From positions 1 through 17,137 of the forward strand of contig CAZYIM010000029.1 of assembly GCA_964647565.1 (NCBI GenBank): a stretch of 17,137 nucleotides of DNA. Direction: 5' to 3'. Position numbers and translations under genes: made by a program. The notes beneath the pieces were generated by a model. The model saw nothing but the letters and a program-made list of their open reading frames with translations, made no database searches and had not been told where the DNA came from. The stretch is from an uncultured Methanosarcinales archaeon. Its GTDB lineage: Archaea > Nanobdellota > Nanobdellia > Woesearchaeales > CAZYIM01. Shown here one piece after another: positions 7,323 through 15,060 of the stretch. Position 1 is the stretch's first letter. Each line of letters begins with the position of its first letter.

Positions 7323-9146
7323 TTATTTAGTATCCTTATTGTATCTTTTCCTGAAGTCATCCACGAATCTCTCGAATTTGAACTTCTTTGGATCTCGAAT
7401 GGTTTTTTCCCAATAGTTTTGCTGGATATCGGTTGTCTCTCTGAAATGTTGCAGGTCGCTGGGGGACATTTCATGGGCAACAAAGACAGGTACTAGGAAA
7501 GAAGGATACTGGTGATCTGTATCTTCACCAACCAAGCCTGCATCGAAATACTGCCTTGCATGAATAAGTGATGTGTCTGAGTTGATTAGCATGCTCAATT
7601 CATCCACTTCTAATTTCGGGAATTTGTCGAATTCCATTGTAGTTGCAACCCTGTTGAGATACGCGAGATTGGTTATTTTGCCTGACAACTCTTTGATCTC
7701 CTCAAGATCATATCCTATCTCCATAAGACCATCTAACAAATCAATCTGATGGTATCTTGTTTCATTTTCAGTCTTGAACAAGGAGTCATAGGTTTCATAA
7801 TCAAATTTGCCCATCAGCTCCTTTGCCAGTTCAATTATCTTTTCAGGCTTTGGACCATCGACATTCTGGGGAAGCAGATAGTTTCGAGCCTCCTTGATAA
7901 AGCCCCTGTCAACATCAAGATTTTCTTTTAGCATGAAGTAGAAATCTACATCAAAGTAGCTCATGTCCTTAAACTTCTCTTTCCACTCACTCTTCTTGGC
8001 AGCATAATCTTGCTTAAGGCCTTCGTAGTTCACAATGCTTGCTCCTACATCGACTGTCTCTTTCTTATCGTCCTCATAGACAATAAGTTTGTTTGTTTTG
8101 AAAATTTCCTTGTTCTCAGTATCAATCCGTTTTGCTAAATCCACAATATTTTCAATCTCTTTAACGCCCAGCCATTCTTTTACAAATTCCATAGACTTAG
8201 CAGAAGGCCTATCCTCCAGTGCCATCAGCCACTCATACTTATCAACAGGACAGAGGCTAAAGTATTGGCCGACAGAATCATTCTCACTTAGTTCCAGCAG
8301 CTTCTTGCCAAGCGTCGGATCACCCTGGATGAATTTCTTGGCTTGACTAGAGTCTGAGTACATGGTTATCTTATCTATATCGTCACTGTTCAGCTCTTTG
8401 GATGTGATTGCTTTCATAGATGTCAGTCCAAGTGAAACATATCCACTGTCACTTACATGATCCTGTCCAAATCTAAGGGCAGTCTTCCAGTCATCAAAAC
8501 CACTATGCAGTCTACGCCTTGAATCTTCGCCTAAATCAGTTCCTAAAACCTTAAAAACAGTCTCAACATAATTTCGGATAGTTGTTCCTACAAGCACTTT
8601 AGGATAATGGTCGACACCTCCAAAAGTGCCCTTGTCCCATTCGCCTGTTTTCTTCTGGACTCCATACATGTTCAGGATAATTGAAGTTATTGAAGTAAAT
8701 TGAGAATAAACATCATCCCTATACAATAATCCCCAATCCTGATCTCTAAGCACATCATACATCTCTTCAAAATCATCAAGAGACAAGGGGAACCTCAGCC
8801 AATTTTCAGAAATCGTTTTAAGCCAACCATCAGATTGGATGTTGAGGTGATAAGCTTTAATAGCCATATCCAAACGATTCCTACCCTTAGCAGGAGTATT
8901 TGGAAAATTAAGGTTCTCTAAAAGCTTGTCGGCCTCTATCAAATCCTCCATACGATGAAAATTGTATACTTCAATAGCTTTTTTTGGGCCTGCAATCTCT
9001 TCAATGGTACGAAGATAGGCTTTCATCTCCCTCTTGGTCTGTTGCACTGCTTCTTTAACAGGATCCTTTTCAGGCTCTGGCTTTGGTGTTCTAACTTCCT
9101 TTTTTTTAGGAAGTTTTTCCTTGATTAGTTTTTCTAGATAACTCAT
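7323..9146 (-). CDS. Hypothetical protein (607 aa), paralogue of 9158-11056
   Basis: Long ORF with a GGGGGGA SD-like site. Collinear motifs shared with the upstream ORF. Confidence 0.85.
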   Translation of the reverse strand: MSYLEKLIKEKLPKKKEVRTPKPEPEKDPVKEAVQQTKREMKAYLRTIEEIAGPKKAIEVYNFHRMEDLIEADKLLENLNFPNTPAKGRNRLDMAIKAYHLNIQSDGWLKTISENWLRFPLSLDDFEEMYDVLRDQDWGLLYRDDVYSQFTSITSIILNMYGVQKKTGEWDKGTFGGVDHYPKVLVGTTIRNYVETVFKVLGTDLGEDSRRRLHSGFDDWKTALRFGQDHVSDSGYVSLGLTSMKAITSKELNSDDIDKITMYSDSSQAKKFIQGDPTLGKKLLELSENDSVGQYFSLCPVDKYEWLMALEDRPSAKSMEFVKEWLGVKEIENIVDLAKRIDTENKEIFKTNKLIVYEDDKKETVDVGASIVNYEGLKQDYAAKKSEWKEKFKDMSYFDVDFYFMLKENLDVDRGFIKEARNYLLPQNVDGPKPEKIIELAKELMGKFDYETYDSLFKTENETRYHQIDLLDGLMEIGYDLEEIKELSGKITNLAYLNRVATTMEFDKFPKLEVDELSMLINSDTSLIHARQYFDAGLVGEDTDHQYPSFLVPVFVAHEMSPSDLQHFRETTDIQQNYWEKTIRDPKKFKFERFVDDFRKRYNKDTK

Positions 9147-9157
9147 AATATCCCCCC

Positions 9158-11056
9158 TTAGAATCTATTTTCTTGTTTTTCTTTTGGTTGATCTTGATTC
9201 ATGAATGTTCTATAATCCCGTATCAACATGGGCACATCAATCCTTCCAGTCAGATTGCCATCAGTATCTTTGGTATATTTGTCAAAGCCCACCACGTCCT
9301 TGAACTTCTTTAGACTGGACGCTCTTATTTGGTGTTGTTTGTAAAAGACATTCAACAGCTCAACTGGAAGTCCATCATCGCCACCAACAATGCCCCTCTC
9401 AAAATAGCTCAGTATCGCAGCTTTTTCAATGTTCACCCCATGACCCCCCCGAGTCAAGTTCGAGAGTACTTTAAGCTGATCTAGTGGCATTTTTTTGTTT
9501 TCATCCTTGATAAGCTCTTTCAATCTGTATAGGCTTGCCCCACCTTCTGAAAGCTGCACTATCTCTGCTTTGGAATATTCCTGTTTCATCAGAAAGCATA
9601 TATCTTCAGCTTTTGATGCTGAACTCGGGAAGAGTTTTTTATATTCTTCAAGATCAAACACTTTCTGCAATTGTTTGACGCGAGCTATAGCTTTTGAGGG
9701 ATTAAAGACAAGCCTGTCACCCATGATAAACAGCAGATAATTCATGTCCATATCAGTATTATCGTCAAGCTGCTTCTGGAAATTGAGAGTGTAACCCGAA
9801 CCATCTGATCCGCTGGTCTGCATCCATGCTTTCTTTCCTTCCAAATATCTATCACGATTTGTAACAAACTCATCTGCATCCTTAGCATCCATCTTAGTAA
9901 AAAGATATGCAGCATCTTCTTCTGAGAATTCGCCATCGATCTTCTGGGCCTGCTCCACGAGTGCGTCAAAGGTCTGAGGTTTAAAATAATCATTCACATA
10001 CTGAACAGCCATGCCTGAAGGCGTGTTCTCAAGAGCTACCATCGCATCAAAAGCATCTAAATCCTCCTTTAGGACATTGAAATAGATTTTAGCATCCTTC
10101 ATCTGAGCTTTGTTCAACAACTCCTGGAACTTCTCTATATCCCCTTGCACATAATCACGACTAAATCCTTTTCCAAACTGCCTATAGACCTGCTGGATAG
10201 CACCAATCTTAATGTTCTTGACATGTTCTATCTTGTTAAGGCCCATATTAACGTGTGGCACTTCAGACCAACCTAGCTGTTGTGGTTTCTTAACCTTAGC
10301 ATATTCAAGTGCAGTGCTCCAAGAATCAAAACCTTCATTGATATTAAAATCACTTCTATACTTACGGGTACTATCGATTAATGATCGAAGGATCAACTTA
10401 GCCAATGCATCCATTGGAACTGCAGGAAGTACCTTGAATTTATCTTGATAAAACCTTCCACTAACAGGGAGAATAGGACCGTCTGATGTATGTATCAGAT
10501 ATTCTTCCAATCCGTCCTTATCAGCATCAGTACCATATTTTATTAATAGTTCTTTTGTTGTCACAATGACAAAATTAGGTGCATTACTCAAACCCACATC
10601 TTTAAGTTCCTGTTTCATATGAAGTGATACATCATGGATTGTGTAAATATCATCTACAGACAGAGGTATTAGATAATTTTTGGATGATTTATCCTTAATT
10701 TCTTTTAATAATCCTCCTGTAAGACCATCAACCATGTATGCTTCATTTATCAGATCAAGTCTTGCACCCCTTGTTTTAGGAACATATGGAAAATCAAGCC
10801 CATCCAAGAGATTATCCATCTCAATAAGTTGTTTAGGTTTCCAGGCCCTAAAGAATTTCAAGGCCCTTTTAGCACCCCCAATCTTCTCAAGGGCATTAAG
10901 ATAGCCCCGCATCTCACATTCTTTTATCTTCTCAGCAGGCATATCTTCAAGAGTCTTGAACTTCTGCTGAAAGTCCCTTTTCAATAGCTCTGTCTGGAGA
11001 GCTTTGTCTTTTAATTCAGAAATATGTTCTTCTATCTTGTCCTCAATATATCCCAT
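9158..11056 (-). CDS. Hypothetical protein (632 aa), paralogue of 7323-9146
   Basis: Long ORF. GAGGTGG SD (11063-11069) lies 6 nt before ATG 11056; TTTTTATA box near 11101-11108. Confidence 0.85.
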   Translation of the reverse strand: MGYIEDKIEEHISELKDKALQTELLKRDFQQKFKTLEDMPAEKIKECEMRGYLNALEKIGGAKRALKFFRAWKPKQLIEMDNLLDGLDFPYVPKTRGARLDLINEAYMVDGLTGGLLKEIKDKSSKNYLIPLSVDDIYTIHDVSLHMKQELKDVGLSNAPNFVIVTTKELLIKYGTDADKDGLEEYLIHTSDGPILPVSGRFYQDKFKVLPAVPMDALAKLILRSLIDSTRKYRSDFNINEGFDSWSTALEYAKVKKPQQLGWSEVPHVNMGLNKIEHVKNIKIGAIQQVYRQFGKGFSRDYVQGDIEKFQELLNKAQMKDAKIYFNVLKEDLDAFDAMVALENTPSGMAVQYVNDYFKPQTFDALVEQAQKIDGEFSEEDAAYLFTKMDAKDADEFVTNRDRYLEGKKAWMQTSGSDGSGYTLNFQKQLDDNTDMDMNYLLFIMGDRLVFNPSKAIARVKQLQKVFDLEEYKKLFPSSASKAEDICFLMKQEYSKAEIVQLSEGGASLYRLKELIKDENKKMPLDQLKVLSNLTRGGHGVNIEKAAILSYFERGIVGGDDGLPVELLNVFYKQHQIRASSLKKFKDVVGFDKYTKDTDGNLTGRIDVPMLIRDYRTFMNQDQPKEKQENRF

Positions 11057-11126
11057 CCACAACCACCTCGAAATACTTTACCAAAAGAAAAAGAATATAG
11101 TATAAAAACCTGTTGTTTATTTATAA

Positions 11127-11217
11127 ATAAAAAATAGCAACATTGGCCGGGCGAGCCGTAGGTGAGTAGGGCTTTCTACGAAAGCCCGTCCGTGCCCTTG
11201 TTGTTGCTATTTTTTAT
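11127..11217 (+). repeat. Fold-back structured element E2 (perfect 16-bp terminal inverted repeats; three-way-junction core 11145-11196)
   Basis: ATAAAAAATAGCAACA (11127-11142) pairs with TGTTGCTATTTTTTAT (11202-11217). GC-rich core GGC-CGGGC-GA-GCC-GTA-GGT-GAGTA-GGGCTTTC-TAC-GAAAGCCC-GTCCG-T-GCC. Confidence 0.8.
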
Positions 11218-11241
11218 ATTGGACGCTTCAATTATTTTTAT

Positions 11242-11883
11242 CTATTTATCTATCTCAACTCTCCCTGTTCTCTCACTCGCATCCAGGGTTATCGCTTGCC
11301 CATGCTTGATCAACTTGGTGGCATTGCCTGTTCCAACAATACAAGGGATATATTTCTCCCTGGCTACATTGGCTGCATGGCATGTGAAGCCGCCATGGTC
11401 TGTTACAAAGCCAACTATCTTGTCCATATAGTTTGCAATGTCTGGCTTGGCATACTCTGTAACCAGGATGCTCCATGGCTCGACATCCTTTAAGGGATGT
11501 TTTGGACTGACAACATAGGCCTTGCCAGAGACTGTTCCGTGGCAACCAGTTATGCCAACAACTTCATCTTTTTTAGCAGCTTCTCGTTTCCGCCAGTCTG
11601 CATCCTCCCAATTCCTGAGACCTAACTCCAGAGCAGATCCAAACTCCACTTTACGCAAATACATCAGACCCATAAGCATTACCAGAGTCTGGCCGTAAGC
11701 TAATTTCTCGTCCTCAACAGAGCCATGCGGTCTTGCCCCAGGATTCAGTTCAGGATCGTGGGTTATGTACTTGCCCAGGTCTCCAAACTCTGTACTTGCG
11801 ATGACATACCGAAATTCTGCATCCTTTCGGTCTTCCTTTTTCATTAGAGTCTGCACTCTAACTAAAATCTTTTCTAGTTCCAT
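11242..11883 (-). CDS. Fusion of a MazG-like all-alpha domain and a PEP-utilising enzyme mobile (phosphohistidine) domain
   Basis: C-terminal GTVSGKA...ILVT...FVTDHGGFTCHAANVARE..IPCIVGTGNAT...GQAITLDA..GRV is the PEP-utiliser mobile domain. N-terminal TEFGDLGK...AYGQTLVMLMGLM....EFGSAL resembles the MazG fold. Perfect GGAGGTGA SD at 11889-11896. Confidence 0.8.
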   Translation of the reverse strand: MELEKILVRVQTLMKKEDRKDAEFRYVIASTEFGDLGKYITHDPELNPGARPHGSVEDEKLAYGQTLVMLMGLMYLRKVEFGSALELGLRNWEDADWRKREAAKKDEVVGITGCHGTVSGKAYVVSPKHPLKDVEPWSILVTEYAKPDIANYMDKIVGFVTDHGGFTCHAANVAREKYIPCIVGTGNATKLIKHGQAITLDASERTGRVEIDK

Positions 11884-11974
11884 TCAATTCACCTCCTAAT
11901 AAGGGAATATTAGTTACTGTTGTAGAAAACTTAATTGTTAGTTACAAATAAAATACAACAACAAAGCAATTTCG

Positions 11975-11986
11975 AAAAGCTTATAA
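11975..11986 (+). promoter_or_regulatory. BRE/TATA promoter of the regulator gene
   Basis: AAAAGCTTATAA starts 34 nt before ATG 12009, the same geometry as the other putative leaderless promoters. Confidence 0.55.
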
Positions 11987-12008
11987 CCAGAACGAGAATC
12001 CAAAAAAT

Positions 12009-12857
12009 ATGGTTCTTGACAATAAAACCCAAAAAAAGATCAATGAGTTTGTCTATTCCAAACCCCGGACCATACAGGAGATATCCCTTCTGATCCAGAA
12101 GAACTGGAGGACAGCCAACAACTATGTAGAAAAGATAAGCCAGGAAACAGGTTTGATCTCCACACGGATATTCAGAGGAGGCACTCGAGGCGCATTAAAG
12201 ATTGTATACTGGAACAACATAGAAAAGGTCCATTCATCCCAAGTCCAGGAAAGATTGTTCAAGCAAATAGAGTCAGGCAGGATAAAGCAGGACTTCAGCC
12301 CATTGGAGATCTATCAATATGTGGATGAGAAAAAGAGGGATGCTTTCATAGAGTACAGGACAGACTGCACAAAGGCAGTCAACCAGAACATCATTGATTT
12401 CCTTTGCAAGACTGAAAAACAATTGCTCCATTTCTCAGGCAACATATCCTGGATCATCATGACAGAGAAAGGAAAAAAGTTAATCGATGTTGCAGAAGAG
12501 CTGGCCAGAAGAAACGTCAGCATCAAAGTCCTTTCGAGGGTCGAGGTGCCTGGAATAGAGAATGTGAAAAAACTCCTGGCCATCAACCAAAGAGTTGGCA
12601 GGGATATTATTGAAATCCGACACTGTCACCAGCCATTGAGAGGTTTCATAATAGACGACAAGGAAGCCAGGTTCAGGGAAGAAAAGGATCCTGCCATCTA
12701 TCAAAAAGGTGAGTTAAAGGGTGAACTAGGATTATTCTACGAGATCTTTGATAACGAATGGGTAGAGTGGCTGCAGAAAGTCTTCTGGAATCTTTTTAGA
12801 ACCAGTATACCTGCCGAAAAAAGAATCAAGGATCTGGAAAGCTTTCAGAAACTATAG
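12009..12857 (+). CDS. Putative transcriptional regulator: N-terminal wHTH plus TrmB-like effector domain
   Basis: KPRTIQEISLLIQKNWRTANNYVEKI HTH. C-terminal RNVSIKVLS, RGFIIDDKEARF and WVEWLQKVFWNLF resemble the TrmB C-terminal (PLD-like) domain. Confidence 0.65.
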   Translation: MVLDNKTQKKINEFVYSKPRTIQEISLLIQKNWRTANNYVEKISQETGLISTRIFRGGTRGALKIVYWNNIEKVHSSQVQERLFKQIESGRIKQDFSPLEIYQYVDEKKRDAFIEYRTDCTKAVNQNIIDFLCKTEKQLLHFSGNISWIIMTEKGKKLIDVAEELARRNVSIKVLSRVEVPGIENVKKLLAINQRVGRDIIEIRHCHQPLRGFIIDDKEARFREEKDPAIYQKGELKGELGLFYEIFDNEWVEWLQKVFWNLFRTSIPAEKRIKDLESFQKL

Positions 12858-13616
12858 CACCTGCTTGATTATCTTCAGCATCTTGTCATGCAGAATACCA
12901 TTTGAGAAAAGCACTTTGTTCCTGCTCTCCAAAGTCAACTTCTTACCATTGAAATGAGTCACTTTACCACCTGCCTCCTCAACAAGCACCTTGGCAGCAG
13001 CCCAATCCCATAGCTCAAGACCTGATTCTATTCCAAAATCTGCAAAGCCCTTTGCTACAGAGGCAAACACAAAGGTTGAGCAGCCAACGTATTTCAACTT
13101 GAAGACCTCATTTTGCATATGGAAAGCTACCTTGTCCAGATCATCTTTTTTATAGGGTCTTGAAGCAAATGCAAAACAGTCCTTGAGATTTTTTTTCTTA
13201 GAAACATGCAATCTTTTGCCGTTGAGAAAAGCACCCTTACCCTTCTCTGCATAGCAAAGCTCATCAGTTATAGGAAAATAAAGGACTCCTACAATAGGCT
13301 CTCCTTTATAGGCCAGGCCTATCGAGACACCAAATATCGGGATGTCCATAAGGAAGTTGCTGGTGCCATCAAGCGGATCAATTATCCACTCATAATCAGA
13401 TTTTCTGATTTGGGGTTTCATTTCCTCAGCAACAATAGAATGATCAGGATATTTTTGTTTAATTTTCCTGACTATCAAGGCCTCAGATTCAATATCTGCA
13501 CATGTTACCGCAGCCTTATCACCTTTATCACGTACCTTCAGCTTATGGCCAAAGTGTTTTTTTAGAATCTTACCCGCATCCTTTGCTAAATTCTTAGCAA
13601 ACTCTAGCTCTTCCAT
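12852..13616 (-). CDS. suhB: Inositol monophosphatase family protein
   Basis: VTCADIESE, IVAEE, WIIDPLDGTSNF and WDWAAAKVLVEEAGG motifs. Confidence 0.93.
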   Translation of the reverse strand: MEELEFAKNLAKDAGKILKKHFGHKLKVRDKGDKAAVTCADIESEALIVRKIKQKYPDHSIVAEEMKPQIRKSDYEWIIDPLDGTSNFLMDIPIFGVSIGLAYKGEPIVGVLYFPITDELCYAEKGKGAFLNGKRLHVSKKKNLKDCFAFASRPYKKDDLDKVAFHMQNEVFKLKYVGCSTFVFASVAKGFADFGIESGLELWDWAAAKVLVEEAGGKVTHFNGKKLTLESRNKVLFSNGILHDKMLKIIKQVL

Positions 13617-13852
13617 TCTGAATGACCCCACTGGAATATCGCATCAAACCTTAAACCATTGAGATTTGGAACATCACAGGCCCCAAAGCAGCTTCCGGCC
13701 CAGATAAAGACTTCACAATCTGTTTTGGCTAATATTTTTTTCTGTATGTCCTTAGCTCTTGGTTTGAGCCCGTCTGGCAACTGTATCAGTATTCTTGAGA
13801 ATTTTTTCCTCTTGACCTGTCTGGCAACCTTTTCAATCTCTAAATCGTACAT
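13604..13852 (-). CDS. Diphthamide synthesis Dph2, N-terminal domain only (82 aa)
   Basis: ILIQLPDGLK, GSCFGACD and FQWGHS are Dph2 domain-1 motifs. The ORF stops right after GHS. Confidence 0.85.
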   Translation of the reverse strand: MYDLEIEKVARQVKRKKFSRILIQLPDGLKPRAKDIQKKILAKTDCEVFIWAGSCFGACDVPNLNGLRFDAIFQWGHSEWKS

Positions 13853-13953
13853 CTTAAAACAAAAAGTTTCATCATATATAAAGATTATTACTATTGTTAC
13901 TTACCATATATACACCAAAATATTTTTAAGCAGGTCTGTTTTTCGCCATAATC

Positions 13954-15042
13954 ATGAAACCCGAAGTATTTTTCCTGGATATAAAAACTAGCTGTTCTTT
14001 GATCAAGAAGCTTGGTAGTGTATTTGATCAGGCATTTCCTAATGTCATCAAAGACAGAGATTTCACTGCAGTCAAACTTTCTTTTGGTGAACTGGGAAGC
14101 CACGGATTTGTCAGACCCACCTTTATTAGAGAGGTCATAAAGAAGATAAAGGAAAATGGGGGCAGGCCATTCCTGACGGATTCCAACACACTATATTCGG
14201 GTCATAGGCACAACTCTGTTGACCATATTGAAAACGCAATTGCCCATGGCTTTAGTTTCGCGACTGTAAATGCTCCGATAATTATTGCTGACGGCCTGCT
14301 CGGCCATAATTTCAAGGAGATAAAGATTGATCAAAAACATTTCAAGACAGTCAAGATAGGTGCTGAAATTGTTGAAGCAGATGCTATCATCTCAGTAAGC
14401 CACATGACAGGTCATATGTGTACTGGCTTTGGCGCCACTTTAAAGAACCTGGGCATGGGTGCAGCATCAAGAGCAGGAAAACAACAGCAGCACACTGGCA
14501 CCAAGCCAAAAGTTAACCCGACGAATTGTATTGCATGTAAGAAGTGCGGCGCAGTCTGCCCTGAAGATGCTTTCAATTATGAAAGCGGAAAGGCAGAGAT
14601 CGACTATGGCAAATGTGTTGGCTGTGATGAGTGCGTCACAGTCTGCCCGACAGGAGCTATCTCGATCAACTGGGCAGATGACCAGGAGTTTGGCATCCAG
14701 GAGAGGATGGCAGAGTATACCTTGGGCGTTTTGAAAAACAAGAGAGCAGGTTTTATAACTTTCCTAACAGATATAACACCAGACTGCGACTGCTTTCCAC
14801 AGAGCGATGAACCTATTGTAAGAAACCTGGGCATCTTGGTAAGCACGGATCCAGTTGCAATTGACAAGGCAGCCTTTGATCTTGTGCAAAAAGAGATGGG
14901 TAATGTGCATTCCCGGCTTGGCAAGGACCAATGCGATGACAAGTTTAAGGAGATCCACGGAGTTGACTCTTCTAAGATATTTGACTATGCTGAGAAGATA
15001 GGTCTTGGAAAGAAGGATTATGAATTAGTAGAAGTAAAATAA
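13954..15042 (+). CDS. DUF362 domain protein with inserted 2x[4Fe-4S] ferredoxin domain
   Basis: VKLSFGELG, PFLTDSNTLYSG.R, SHMTGH..TGFGATLKNLGMG, two CxxCxxCxxxCP motifs, PDCDC and STDPVAID. Confidence 0.92.
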   Translation: MKPEVFFLDIKTSCSLIKKLGSVFDQAFPNVIKDRDFTAVKLSFGELGSHGFVRPTFIREVIKKIKENGGRPFLTDSNTLYSGHRHNSVDHIENAIAHGFSFATVNAPIIIADGLLGHNFKEIKIDQKHFKTVKIGAEIVEADAIISVSHMTGHMCTGFGATLKNLGMGAASRAGKQQQHTGTKPKVNPTNCIACKKCGAVCPEDAFNYESGKAEIDYGKCVGCDECVTVCPTGAISINWADDQEFGIQERMAEYTLGVLKNKRAGFITFLTDITPDCDCFPQSDEPIVRNLGILVSTDPVAIDKAAFDLVQKEMGNVHSRLGKDQCDDKFKEIHGVDSSKIFDYAEKIGLGKKDYELVEVK

Positions 15043-15060
15043 AAAAAATATAAAAAACAA

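Noticed and set aside
4825..11217. E1 and E2 as the two ends of one composite transposon
   Set aside because: The enclosed DNA includes housekeeping topA and no transposase. Each element has its own inverted repeats, and I see no shared target duplication beyond TA.
11162..11431. Plus-strand 89-aa ORF
   Set aside because: Overlaps element E2 and is antisense to the phosphohistidine-domain gene; shadow ORF.
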